Position numbers and translations under genes: made by a program | The notes under the pieces: model-generated | Seen by the model: the letters and a program-made list of their open reading frames with translations, nothing else | Database searches by the model: none | Told to the model about the DNA's origin: nothing | Shown here: positions 1 to 10,913 of the stretch, one piece after another | How the letters are laid out: each line of letters starts with the position of its first letter | Numbering within the stretch: the stretch's first letter is position 1 | NCBI GenBank assembly: GCA_965178125.1 | Contig: OZ237758.1 | Coordinates: 1-64,000, forward strand | Source of the DNA: Bilabrum cf. latius | Lineage: Eukaryota | Length of the DNA: 64,000 nucleotides | Reading direction: 5' to 3'

Positions 1-89
1 CCCTAACCCTAACCTAACCCTAACCCTAACCCTAACCCTAACCCTAACCCTAACCCTAACCCTAACCCTAACCCTAACCCTAACCCTAA
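1..89 (+). repeat. Terminal telomeric repeat (CCCTAA)n, i.e. TTAGGG on the minus strand
   Basis: About 15 CCCTAA units at the window start, with one variant unit. Confidence 0.97.
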
Positions 90-100
90 ACCCCTAAAAA

Positions 101-644
101 TCACCTGTAGTTGCCGAGATCGTAGCACGTCGTTTTTCGGTGTTGAAATTCTTCATACACCCATATCGGCGCCGCGCGGCCAGAACGGAACCTGGGGAAC
201 ATTTGGCCCATGTTGTGCCCCCAGGCCGTCCCGATGCAGTTTGAACGGTCTTCATATCACTGTAGTTGCCGAGATCGTAGCACGTCGTTTTTCGGTGTGA
301 AATTCTTCATACACCCATATCGGCGCCGCGCGGCCAGAACGGAACCTGGGAACATTTGGCCCATGTTGTGCCCCCAGGCCGTCCCGATGCAGTTTGAACG
401 GTCTTCATATCACCTGTAGTTGCCGAGATCGGTAGCACGTCGTTTTTCGGTGTGAAATTCTTCATACACCCATATCGGCGCCGCGCGGCCAGAACGGAAC
501 CTGGGGAACATTTGGCCCATGTTGTGCCCCCAGGCCGTCCCGATGCAGTTTGAACGGTCTTCATATCACCTGTAGTTGCCGAGATCGTAGCACGTCGTTT
601 TTCGACAAATATTGAAGATGAAAATATTTTTTCCCCGACCCTGT
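101..644. repeat. Subtelomeric ~155-bp tandem satellite, variant A (~3.3 copies plus terminal segment)
   Basis: The core TGTAGTTGCCGAGATC recurs at ~105, ~260, ~415 and ~570; the block ends in TTCGACAAATATTGAAGATGAAAATATTTTTTCCCCGACCCTGTCCCT. Confidence 0.93.
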
Positions 645-986
645 CCCTAACCCTAACCCTAACCCTAACCCTAACCCTAACCCTAACCCTAACCCTAACC
701 CTAACCCTAACCCTAACCCTAACCCTAACCCTAACCCTAACCCTAACCCTAACCCTAACCCTAACCCTAACCCTAACCCTAACCCTAACCCTAACCCTAA
801 CCCTAACCCTAACCCTAACCCTAACCCTAACCCTAACCCTAACCCTAACCCTAACCCTAACCCTAACCCTAACCCTAACCCTAACCCTAACCCTAACCCT
901 AACCCTAACCCTAACCCTAACCCTAACCCTAACCCTAACCCTAACCCTAACCCTAACCCTAACCCTAACCCTAACCCTAACCCTAA
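645..986 (+). repeat. Interstitial telomeric array, (CCCTAA)57
   Basis: Perfect CCCTAA run of 342 bp. Confidence 0.97.
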
Positions 987-1974
987 AAAACCCAACCCAT
1001 TGGCTCGTATCGGCGCCGCGCGACATAAACGGAACCTGGGGAACATGTGGCCCATGTTGTGCCCCAAGGCCGTCCCAATGCAGTCAGAACGGTCTTCATA
1101 TGTCCTGTAGTTGCCGAGATCTCAATCCGCGAAAATTCAGCATGAAATCCTTCATCGGCTCGTATCGGCGCCGCGCGACATAAACGGAACCTGGGGAACA
1201 TTTTGCCCATGTTGTGCCCCAAGGCCGTCCCAATGCAGTTTCAACGGTCTTCATATGTCCTGTAGTTGCCGAGATCTCAATCCGCGAAAATTCAGCATGA
1301 AATCCTTCATCGGCTCGTATCGGCGCCGCGCGACATAAACGGAACCTGGGGAACATTTGGCCCATGTTGTGCCCCAAGGCCGTCCCAATGCAGTCGGAAC
1401 GGTCTTCATATGTCCTGTAGTTGCCGAGATCTCAATCCGCGAAAATTCAGCATGAAATCCTTCATCGGCTCGTATCGGCGCCGCGCGACATAAACGGAAC
1501 CTGGGGAAAATTTGGCCCATGTTGTGCCCCAAGGCCGTCCCAATGCAGTCGGAACGGTCTTCATATGTCCTGTAGTTGCCGAGATCTCAATCCGCGAAAA
1601 TTCAGCATGAAATCCTTCATCGGCTCGTATCGGCGCCGCGCGACATAAACGGAACCTGGGGAACATTTGGCCCATGTTGTGCCCCAAGGCCGTCCCAATG
1701 CAGTCAGAACGGTCTTCATATGTCCTGTAGTTGCCGAGATCTCAATCCGCGAAAATTCAGCATGAAATCCTTCATCGGCTCGTATCGGCGCCGCGCGACA
1801 TAAACGGAACCTGGGGAACATTTGGCCCATGTTGTGCCCCAAGGCCGTCCCAATGCAGTCGGAACGGTCTTCATATGTCCTGTAGTTGCCGAGATCTCAA
1901 TCCGCGAAAATTCGACAAAAATTGAAGATGAAAATATTTTTTCCCCGACCCTGTCCCTGACTTTATAATAGATA
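987..1974. repeat. Subtelomeric 155-bp tandem satellite, variant B (~6 copies plus terminal segment)
   Basis: Near-identical units at a 155-bp period (spurious ORFs recur at 1096/1251/1406/1561); same terminal segment as variant A. Confidence 0.95.
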
Positions 1975-2334
1975 CCCTAACCCTAACCCTAACCCTAACC
2001 CTAACCCTAACCCTAACCCTAACCCTAACCCTAACCCTAACCCTAACCCTAACCCTAACCCTAACCCTAACCCTAACCCTAACCCTAACCCTAACCCTAA
2101 CCCTAACCCTAACCCTAACCCTAACCCTAACCCTAACCCTAACCCTAACCCTAACCCTAACCCTAACCCTAACCCTAACCCTAACCCTAACCCTAACCCT
2201 AACCCTAACCCTAACCCTAACCCTAACCCTAACCCTAACCCTAACCCTAACCCTAACCCTAACCCTAACCCTAACCCTAACCCTAACCCTAACCCTAACC
2301 CTAACCCTAACCCTAACCCTAACCCTAACCCTAA
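1975..2334 (+). repeat. Interstitial telomeric array, (CCCTAA)60
   Basis: Perfect CCCTAA run of 360 bp. Confidence 0.97.
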
Positions 2335-2337
2335 AAA

Positions 2338-2600
2338 GTTATACTGAGCTTGTGTGTGTGTGGTAGGTCGATGCAAAGAGCGGCGGATGGTGTGCCCTGT
2401 GTACACGTTATACTGAGCTTGTGTGTGTGTGGTAGGTCGATGCAAAGAGCGGCGGATGGTGTGCCCTGTGTACACGTTATACTGAGCTTGTGTGTGTGTG
2501 GTAGGTCGATGCAAAGAGCGGCGGATGGTGTGCCCTGTGTACACGTTATACTGAGTTTGTGTGTGTGGTAGGTCGATGCAAAGAGCGGTGGATGGTGTGC
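2338..2600. repeat. 69-bp subtelomeric tandem repeat (~3.8 copies)
   Basis: GTTATACTGAG...GTGCCCTGTGTACAC starts at 2338, 2407, 2476 and 2545 (last copy partial). Confidence 0.93.
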
Positions 2601-2834
2601 TCCTAAGCTCAGTATTGAACGCTTTAGGTGACGTAGGGTTTGTTGTTTGGGTAAGAAAACGCGACTTAGTGTTACGGTGAGGGTAATGGTAGGGAACGAG
2701 ACTTAGGGTCAGGGTTAGGGGCCCGTAAGGAAAGTGATTTGAATTTTCTTGCGACTTCAATGCAGAATCGTATGGCGTTATTGTGCCAACTAGTGTGTGC
2801 GTGGTCATTCAGATAAACTGCTGTTGCTTAACAT

Positions 2835-4418
2835 TCATGACGTCTTGCCCCGGTGCTGTTCGAGAATTACAATTTCGCACGACGTATGCCCAGCTTGTCG
2901 TGCAATTTGCTGTAGTCTCATAAGTCTGCCTCGGCTACATGCCAGCCTGCCCAGCTTTAGCCGCTTGGCAAGTTCCATCGGCCTCCCATCGGAGCAGCAC
3001 TTGCCTAGAAGACTTGCGTCCTTCTATGCATCAGTGGCTCGCCTCCAAAGCAACACATGCATGAGTAAGCTCCTTCTAGCAACCTCTATTGCAACTCCTG
3101 ACTGTCTCTACAACACATCGTCGCAGTCTCTGCGGTGGGGCTTTGGAGTCATCTCTAGCAACAGCTGCCTTTGCCGTTGATTGCACGGCAGTCGGTTTAG
3201 TCTGAGCTACTTGGAAAGCAAAGGTGCGCTGCCAAGTATACAGCAATGACATAGGACACTCCATTCAGGGATGAACGCTTGCCTATGCCTCCAAGCCATC
3301 CGGAATCGCAGAATAGCCTTGCATCTCTTCGTGCAATTCTCGACACGTCTAAGCCAGTGGTCGTACGGAGGCAGCCTGAGCTCTGCATAGCGGGCTACCT
3401 GCTCGTAAACACGGCGAGGAGGAATGCAATGGAGCGGGCGCTTATTCTGCAGCGGCATGTATTTGCTGTCCATTTGGGTGCGGCGGGTACCTGCTGCCTT
3501 TCTGGTTGTTCTGCGGACCAACCGTGAACCTGTGGATCTGGATCTTCGAGTCGATCCCCAATTCGAAAAAGGTTGTATTCTCAACTACCTAGTAATACCC
3601 CCATCCTCGTCATCAGGGTGCCTTCCAATTGTCATCAATGCCTTGATAACGCCTGCTCGCCGCTGCTTCACAGCCACCCTGAAAGCCTTCCAGTCGTCGG
3701 CCGATACGTCGATGGCTGATTCTCCCTCCAGTGCCAAGAACAGCAGCACTGAATTTGTGAACCCCTTTGCGCACGCAAATTGGAGCTCCTGTGCGCCCGG
3801 GCGAAACATCCAGTCATTCTTGCAATTTTGCATCTCCAGCAGATGGAGAAGCAAGTCGTCATTCCCACTCTTGCAGGCGCTTGTGAACATGAATCGAATG
3901 GAAGGGGTCATTGTCTGCGGCGTTCCAGTTATATAATCTAGAACAATGCATCGAACCTGATCGTCATACCCGAATCTCTTGCCTGCGATGCACTGCACCA
4001 TTCCAGGCAAGAATCGGCGGCGGCTGCCACGAAGAGAGAGTAGGAGGAGAATCAGCTCCGTGCGCTCCTAGGCAAATGCAATTCGTAGAGCACTATCCTC
4101 GTCGAAATGCACGTCGACCTGCCTCTCGTCGCTTATCTCAAGCAATGCCTTGAGGGTGGACAACGGCGAGCTGCGACGTCTGCATGCGGCTTCGAAGCAT
4201 TTCTGCGCCGCCGCTGGGGTTACGGCCGGCGATGGTAAACCCAAAAGTTCATGCATGGTCCATACCCTTCCAAGGTCACAAGCTATGCTAAACCCCTCAT
4301 TGATCGTCTAGCTGGCAGAATCGCGTGGAATGCCATGACCGCCACTCTTGAGAATAGCAAGAACTGGACCTGCGCTCTTGCTGCCGCAGGCGGCCAGAAA
4401 CTATTCATGCAGAGACAT
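2835..4418 (-). CDS. Ankyrin-like repeat protein (~527 aa with TAG=Gln, 7 in-frame TAG)
   Basis: One frame from ATG 4418 to TGA 2835 joins ORFs 4068-4256, 3585-4010 and 3207-3584; ANK-like DVHFDEDSALRIAFA*ERTELILLLL and DVSADDWKAFRVAVKQRRAGVIKALM. Confidence 0.7.
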
Positions 4419-4671
4419 AACACGAAAAAGTATTATTGCTACCTACTCTGTGCCCGGATTCGCGAAACGGACTGGAGAAGCGGAGTGAGGCAAATCCATG
4501 TCGAACGGCGCCGACCATGCAATGCAGCCTGGCAGTCCAGATCCGGAATTGAAATCACATGGCGAGGATCACTGAGGCAGGAACGTGCAGCCCAGTTGAG
4601 CGTGACATATCAAAAACATGCCTATTTCAAGGGTTAGCTGAAGCCGGAGCCTTTTGAACTACCCTCTGGAC

Positions 4672-6761
4672 ATGGCTGCGGACAACGTCCTCCGAGCTGC
4701 ATCCAACGGGTCTGTTGAGAAATTGAGGGCTGCGCTGTATGGAGCTGCTACTGCACTTGGTTCGTACTATCCTGGATAGGCGGTGGCTAATGGTTCCATT
4801 ATGGTGAGTCATTGCATCGTGACGATGCGTACCTGACGTCCAAGATGTCAAAGTTGCTCATTAGGTTACCACTGCTCATATTGGACCCACGCATACTAGT
4901 ACTTCACTCAGGTTGGAGTTCCGATTGTACAAGCAGCCGCACATGGTCACGTCGCTGCCTGCCGCTTATTGATTGAATGTGGCGCACACGTTGATCGAGC
5001 ACAAGAAGTGAGAGATGATGCACCATGGTGTTCGTGGCTTTTCTTCGTTTGTTCAGTCTCTAGTTGATGGTTCCCCCCGCTGGGATAGTGCTCGCATCAT
5101 TTTGATGTAGCGCAGTCTGGATGGACTGCCCTCATGTCTGCGGCTTGGAATGGACACTACCGCGTATGCAGACTTCTGCTTGACAGCGGCGCGGATCTCA
5201 CTCTGAAGAATAGAGCAGTGAGCAAACCAGCAATTTCGCAATAGCCATTTTCTACGGAGACCGAGTGCGATGTACGCGACGACTTTAGAAGCGCAGAACG
5301 GCATGACTGCGTTGGCTATGGCTGCGGCGCAAGGCCACGGAGCCACGGTTCGGTGCATCTTGGAATGCTCTTCAGGAACACTGTGTTTGCATTTGTAGGA
5401 CGAAGTGAGGAAGGGTCGGGGCGCAGCTGCCTTCATGGCGAGACCCTTTCTATCGCACGCGCCCACTGCAAAGCTGCAGTTGCTACGTCTCGCTTATTTC
5501 GCAGGAAAGGCGAACCCCTATTCACCATGCCGCCATGGGAGGTCACTGGAAGGTGTGCTACACGCTGATGCGGCATGGAGCTGATCCAGATGTGACTGAT
5601 ACTGTGAGACTACTTGTAAATGTGACCTAGACGATCTTGTGTACTATCCTGTCTCCCTGGGACACCGCTGGAAGCGTTTGATTCCCGATTTCGACTCCTA
5701 TTCATCATCGCTTGCAGGAGCCCCGCAGCCCCCTTGAATGGGCCGCCAGCGGGGGGCATCACATGGCTTGCCGGGTACTCCTGTAGGGCGGGGCCACGGC
5801 AGGCCTCATCCCAGGGGCAAACACTGGGCCACTGTGCCTAGCGGCGATGGAGGGGCATTACAAGGCCTGCAAAGCGTTGGTGCGTGGAGGAGCAGGTGTG
5901 AATGAAGGCAATCGAGTAAGACGGGCGGCGGGGTTGCAAGTGTGGCGGACTACTAAACCTGCTTGTATCTGCTAGCACTGCGCCACCCCTGGTCACACTG
6001 CCTCTGTGCCTGCATCATTCCCGCAGGGAGGCTGTCCCCCACTCTGCTGCAGCGGGAGCAACCTCAAGATCACTCGGTTCTTGCTATCCGAAGGGGCACT
6101 CCCCAATCCCTTGGCACCGGGCGGGTTCCACCCCCTCATAGGCCCAGCTGGATGTGGGGGTGCAGAGGCTTGTCTGGCGCTTCTGCAGGCAGGTGCGGAC
6201 CCGCTGTAGCCATTGTATCGAGCGAGAGATGATGAAGCCGACTTGTTGCCCGCCAGCAAAGCGGCAAGCTAGGGTCATGCAGCAGTGCTTGCGGTGCTGC
6301 TCGACCACAGGGCTGCAGGGGGGGATCCGGTCCACGCAAGGGTGCACATGGAACAGGTGGCACGGTGTGCCCAGCGGCCCCTGGGTCACAGTAATGCGGT
6401 AAAAAGGGCAATGTAGGAGTGTGGACTAGACGCAGGGAAGTGCGTTCAGCTACTGGGAGCATACGCTGAGGGTCAACAGAAGCATCTCATTCTTCGGCTG
6501 ACTAGGCACCGAGCCAAGAGCATCGTACTCTGGCGGAGGGCCGTGGAGGCCAAAAGGGACGCCTCTATGGTATTTCAGGCTGCAGCAGAGGGAAGGCCCA
6601 TGGAGCTAGCGAGGAGGTTGCGGTTGGGCAAGCTGGCGGGGGCGTTGCAGTCCAAGGGTGAAGTCGGTGGGGCTGGCCAGCAGATGTCGGCGTTGGAAGC
6701 TGCCATCATTGGTGGGCATGCGGAATGCGTGGCGCTGCTGCAAGAAGCAGGTCAAGGCTGA
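4672..6761 (+). CDS. Ankyrin-repeat protein, 7 exons (introns 4804-4911, 5008-5115, 5218-5296, 5405-5504, 5604-5717, 5916-6026)
   Basis: GTRAG...CAG introns, all phase 0; exons encode SGWTALMSAAWNGHYRVCRLLLDSGAD and RTPIHHAAMGGHWKVCYTLMRHGAD; 6 in-frame TAG; TGA stop. Confidence 0.85.
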
Positions 6762-7203
6762 CTTGCTCTCGCGATGAGATAATTTTCTACTCGTGTGCAT
6801 GCGAGAATATGCTGAGCACGAGCTGCCGTTTGCAACCTGCAACCGGTGGAGCCGGACCTTCTTGAAGATGAAGACAACTTGAAGGCACGAGTTCGCTTCC
6901 ATCACCCATTTCGAGAGGGCAAGCTCTCCGCACTTGCTAGCCATTCGTTGTGTACACGTGCTACGTATAGGCAAGCGCGCACGCGTATCTAGGCGGTTGT
7001 TGTGGCGCCAAATCATGTCCTCAACAGCAGCGGCAAGCGCGTCAGGTGCCCAATGTAGCGTCGCAAGTGCGTATCCCACCGAAAGTATAGCCACCAAACT
7101 GGCACCATGGGCTACGGGAGAGGGTACTTTAGGCTCGAATCCGTTGGAAGTGCTACACAGGGTTTCGCTGCCAGCTCCGCCCCGGTCAGTTTCGGTACCA
7201 GCC

Positions 7204-8970
7204 ATGACAGGGAGCACCGATGAGACTCATGGGGCTAAGCTTAGCAGTATTGGTATGTCGGGATCAAAGCGGAGGAAGGTCGAAACCACGGATGCGGGCG
7301 AAAAAGCAGCCGACGACACCACTCCGGGCCTTGCAGCTGCGGCGGCTGCCCGCTCTTCTGATGCCGTGGGCAAATTGTTCCACTGCGGTCCAGCTCTTAC
7401 GTTTTCAGTTGATGCAACTAGTGGGATGGCTCGGGCTACGACGCTGAGGATGTCGCACGGGATGGTGCCCACTCCGGTTTTCATGCCGGTTGGGACGCAA
7501 GGCACAGTTAAAGGGGTATCCCCTGCGGACCTGGAAGATCCAGCGCTTGATTGCCGCATTGCACTCGGTAATACATACCATCTTGGGACTAGGCCGGGGG
7601 AAGAGCGCATGAGAAGGTTGGGCGGGCTGCACAAGCTCATGGGCCTGCGGCCGGGCAGGTGCTTGCTCACAGATAGCGGCGGTTTTCAGATGGTATCGCT
7701 GTTGCATCTGGCTGAAATCACAGAGAAAGGCGTTGAGTTTAGGTCGCCGATGGATGGCTCCAAGATGCTCCTGACCCCGGAGCGCAGCATGCGGATCCAG
7801 AATGCCATCGGAGCAGACGTGCTCATGGCGCTGGACGACGTGGTGGACTCCAAGACAGTGGACGGGCCCAGATTCAAGGAGGCCTGCGAGCGAACCTTGC
7901 GCTGGATAGACCGGTGCATTGCAGCTCACCGCCGCACCGATACCTAGAACCTCTTCGGCATCGTGCAGGGTGGGCTTGACACGCGCCCAGGAGGTCTCAG
8001 GGACGACAGCTTACAGGGCATGATGCGGCGGGACCCATGCCTGCCTGGATATGCCATCGGTGGGCTAGCCGGGGGGGAGGATAAGCGCTTCTTCTGGAGG
8101 GTAGTGGCGCAGTGTTGTGCAGCCCTACCTCCGTGGAAGCCGCGCTACTTGATGGGGGTCGGCTTTCCGCTGGATCTAGTGGTGTGCACTGGGCTGGGCG
8201 TGGATATGTTTGATTGCGTGTTCCCCACTCGGACGGCTCGATTTGGATGCGCGCTTGTGCCGGGGGGATAGCTTCGCCTGCGCGCAGGCGGCAGCAAGAA
8301 AGGCTCGAGGAAAGGGGCGGCCAGCGGGTCAGGGTCCACTGGCAGTAGTGCCGCGTCCTCTCTTTCGCCTGCGGAGGACCCGCGCCCTATCGACGAGACT
8401 TGCCCGTGCCCTGCGTGCAAGAGGGGAAGAGAGGGCTTCACCAGCAGGGCGCGTCTGCATGCGCTGGCCAGGGGTCCCGACCCAGCTACTGCGGCTCAGT
8501 TGGTCACTCTGCACAACATCTGCTACATGCTGAGGCTCTCACGAGCGATGCGGAGGGCAGTGGTGCTGGACCAGTACCCACAGTTTGCACAAGCATTCTT
8601 GCGCGAGTACTACCCGCGAGCTGGGGCTGCTCCCTCGGACTCTGCAGGTCTGCCGAAAGCAGGAGGCTCCAAGGGCTCTGCAGCCGAGGGGGCAGTTCCC
8701 CTGTGGGCGAGGGAAGCGCTCACTGCCGCGGGAATCGCTGGTCCAGGGCGGGAGTGGCTGCTGGCATCTGAGGAGGAGAGCTGCCGGAGCGGGGATGGGG
8801 GCGCATAGGGCTCGTCTCCAGCTGGCGAGGAGGAGCAGTTCGCGGCTGCGATCCCATCGGTTTCGCTGGAGGCTCGCTTCGAGGGCTCCACGCTGGACTG
8901 GGGCCTGGGTGAGGAGGGGGACGCTGGCGAGGGTTGGGGGCAGGTCGAGCTTGGCGTGCCGGTGGCTTGA
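7204..8970 (+). CDS. QTRT1: Queuine tRNA-ribosyltransferase catalytic subunit (TGT)
   Basis: [61 protein letters not shown]...HN zinc site; TAG at 7945, 8269, 8806; TGA at 8968; start codon uncertain. Confidence 0.95.
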
Positions 8971-9088
8971 CTCAATTGCCTGTCGATCCAATAGGTGCAA
9001 ACCACGTTCAGCACTAATGACTGGATCCTGACTGATGTGATGGGAATGCAAACCTCATACATATCAAATATCACACCCGGATTCCTCA

Positions 9089-10738
9089 TCATTTCTTCTT
9101 GCCTTTTCCTTTCCCTTTCCCCTCGGCTTCCGTGGCGCCCTCTCCTTGGCCTCGCAGTTCAGCCAAGATTGCCGCCCGAGCCTTTGCGATCGAGGGACCC
9201 CAGCCGGTTGCCATCGAGTTCAGCGTATCCAAGACAGACGGCGGGCTGGGTTTTGCTTCGGCAGCTTCATCGGCTCGGGGACTTGTCTTGCCCTTGCCCT
9301 TCCCTTTACCCTTGCCGCCCTTCTTCGCACCTGCATCGTCCTGCTCGGCGATGGCTGCAGGCCGGGGGCCCGTCACGATGCTACCAACCATTTCTAGCGG
9401 TACGCGGGGAGGAAGGGGCAGGAACAGCGGGAACGCTTTACCCGCCCGCAGCAATGGGGCTCGAGGGTCTCTGGGCCCCACACCGCCACCGCCAGCAGTA
9501 CCTGGTCGTCTCGCTCCCCCAACCGAAGTAGCCGTGCCTGATCTGAATGAAACCCTTGACGTTGCACCCGCAGAGCGCTTGGAGGCCGCAGATGTAGCTG
9601 GTCTCCTCGGTGGAAGCACGTCTCGCGGCAGGACGGCGAGACAGTAGGTTGCTCCGGGGGACAGCACTTGACTAGCTGGAGAGTGCCTGATTGCGGCCCC
9701 ACTCAGACCGAGGGTGCGCACGGATGCATCGAGGGAAGGAAGAAGAGTAGCAGAGCTATGAGCTTTATCACCGGCCTCCGTCCCGTCATCCACAGCCTGA
9801 CCATTGCCGCCCACATCGCCTTTATCCTCACCCACTGCCAGGGGGCCAGCGGCTGCCACGCCCCCCTGCGCATCAGAGAGTAAGTCTTCAGGAACCCAGT
9901 CCAGGCCTGCCACACCGGAACTGAGCACTGTCTTGGTAGCTGGCTCCAACTCGCACAGATCAACACCTATCCAGTCCCGCCAAGCAGCAGAGATCTCGTG
10001 GCCCGCGGCTCGCAATGCTCCCACGCTGCCCTCGCGTGCAGGGAGGGTCACGTTGGCCTGCCCCCCTGCAACAGCCGCTTCGTTGCCAGGAACTGTTTCA
10101 CCGTCAGCCATTTTCAAAAGAGAGGCCGCAAAGTCTGAAGCCGAGATGCTTTTAGACTCCATGACGCCACTGGCAGAGCAGCCAGTTCCCGCTGCTTCCG
10201 TTGCCTACCTCGCGTCGTGCCTCAGCTGCAGGCTCGCCGCGTGTATCGCTCGTATTGACTATATTCGGTGATCTAACCCGGCCTAACGTCTCTCTAGACC
10301 CTCAATTAGTTGCTGAGTGTTGCTGATTGGAGAGGCCTCGGACTGCTCGGAGGGGCTGCTCACAGCCACGTTGTCACCTGCTGCTGCTTCGGCGTGCATG
10401 GCCTCATCGTCTGCGGCTAGCGCAAGCGACTAGTATTCAAGTTTCCGTGCATTGATTTCGCGCGCTGTCTCAGCGATATCAGATCGTAGCTCAGACTCCA
10501 ACCGTTTGCAAATGGCATCCATGTCCCGGAGGGCCGTCTCTTGGGCAGCTCGGAGCAGCTCGGCGCATGTCACGTTACTTGAAAATGGGCACCCTTTTCC
10601 AGTTGATTCATCTGCGGGCGCGATGTGGAAAGCTGATTCTGCTTGCAGAACTAACAGCACAAAAATGATGTAGAGATCATCCAGAAACATCGCTGGCTCA
10701 CCCGGACCGAACCGGATCCAAACTATTGGATCAGTCAT
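9089..10738 (-). CDS. Hypothetical protein with Lys/Gly-rich C-terminus
   Basis: ORFs 10430-10762 and 9089-10162 join in frame through 4 TAGs; ends KGKGKKK-TGA-TGA; a 5' intron is possible. Confidence 0.6.
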
Positions 10739-10913
10739 CAACAAGTGATGGAATTTGAACAAATTGCGGACAAACTTGTTGCGGCCGAGCCCGGCTAACG
10801 CTTGTATGGCCCTTCTTGGGCGCTCTAGCCGTTGCCATTGCCAAAAACCGGAAGCATAATGCTACAAAGTCCCCGGATCGGCCAAGGTATCCACTGGCAA
10901 GGATAGATCTACG

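Noticed and set aside
101-1974. Autonomous telomeric retrotransposon or 5S/SL RNA gene array
   Set aside because: No RT or endonuclease coding capacity, and I recognise no structured-RNA sequence; an Rfam search would be needed to exclude it
101-2600. CRISPR array
   Set aside because: Tandem units without unique spacers, eukaryotic telomere context, no cas genes
210-2808. ORFs such as (VR)n, (LG)n and the recurring 75/93-aa ORFs
   Set aside because: Translations of telomeric and satellite repeats
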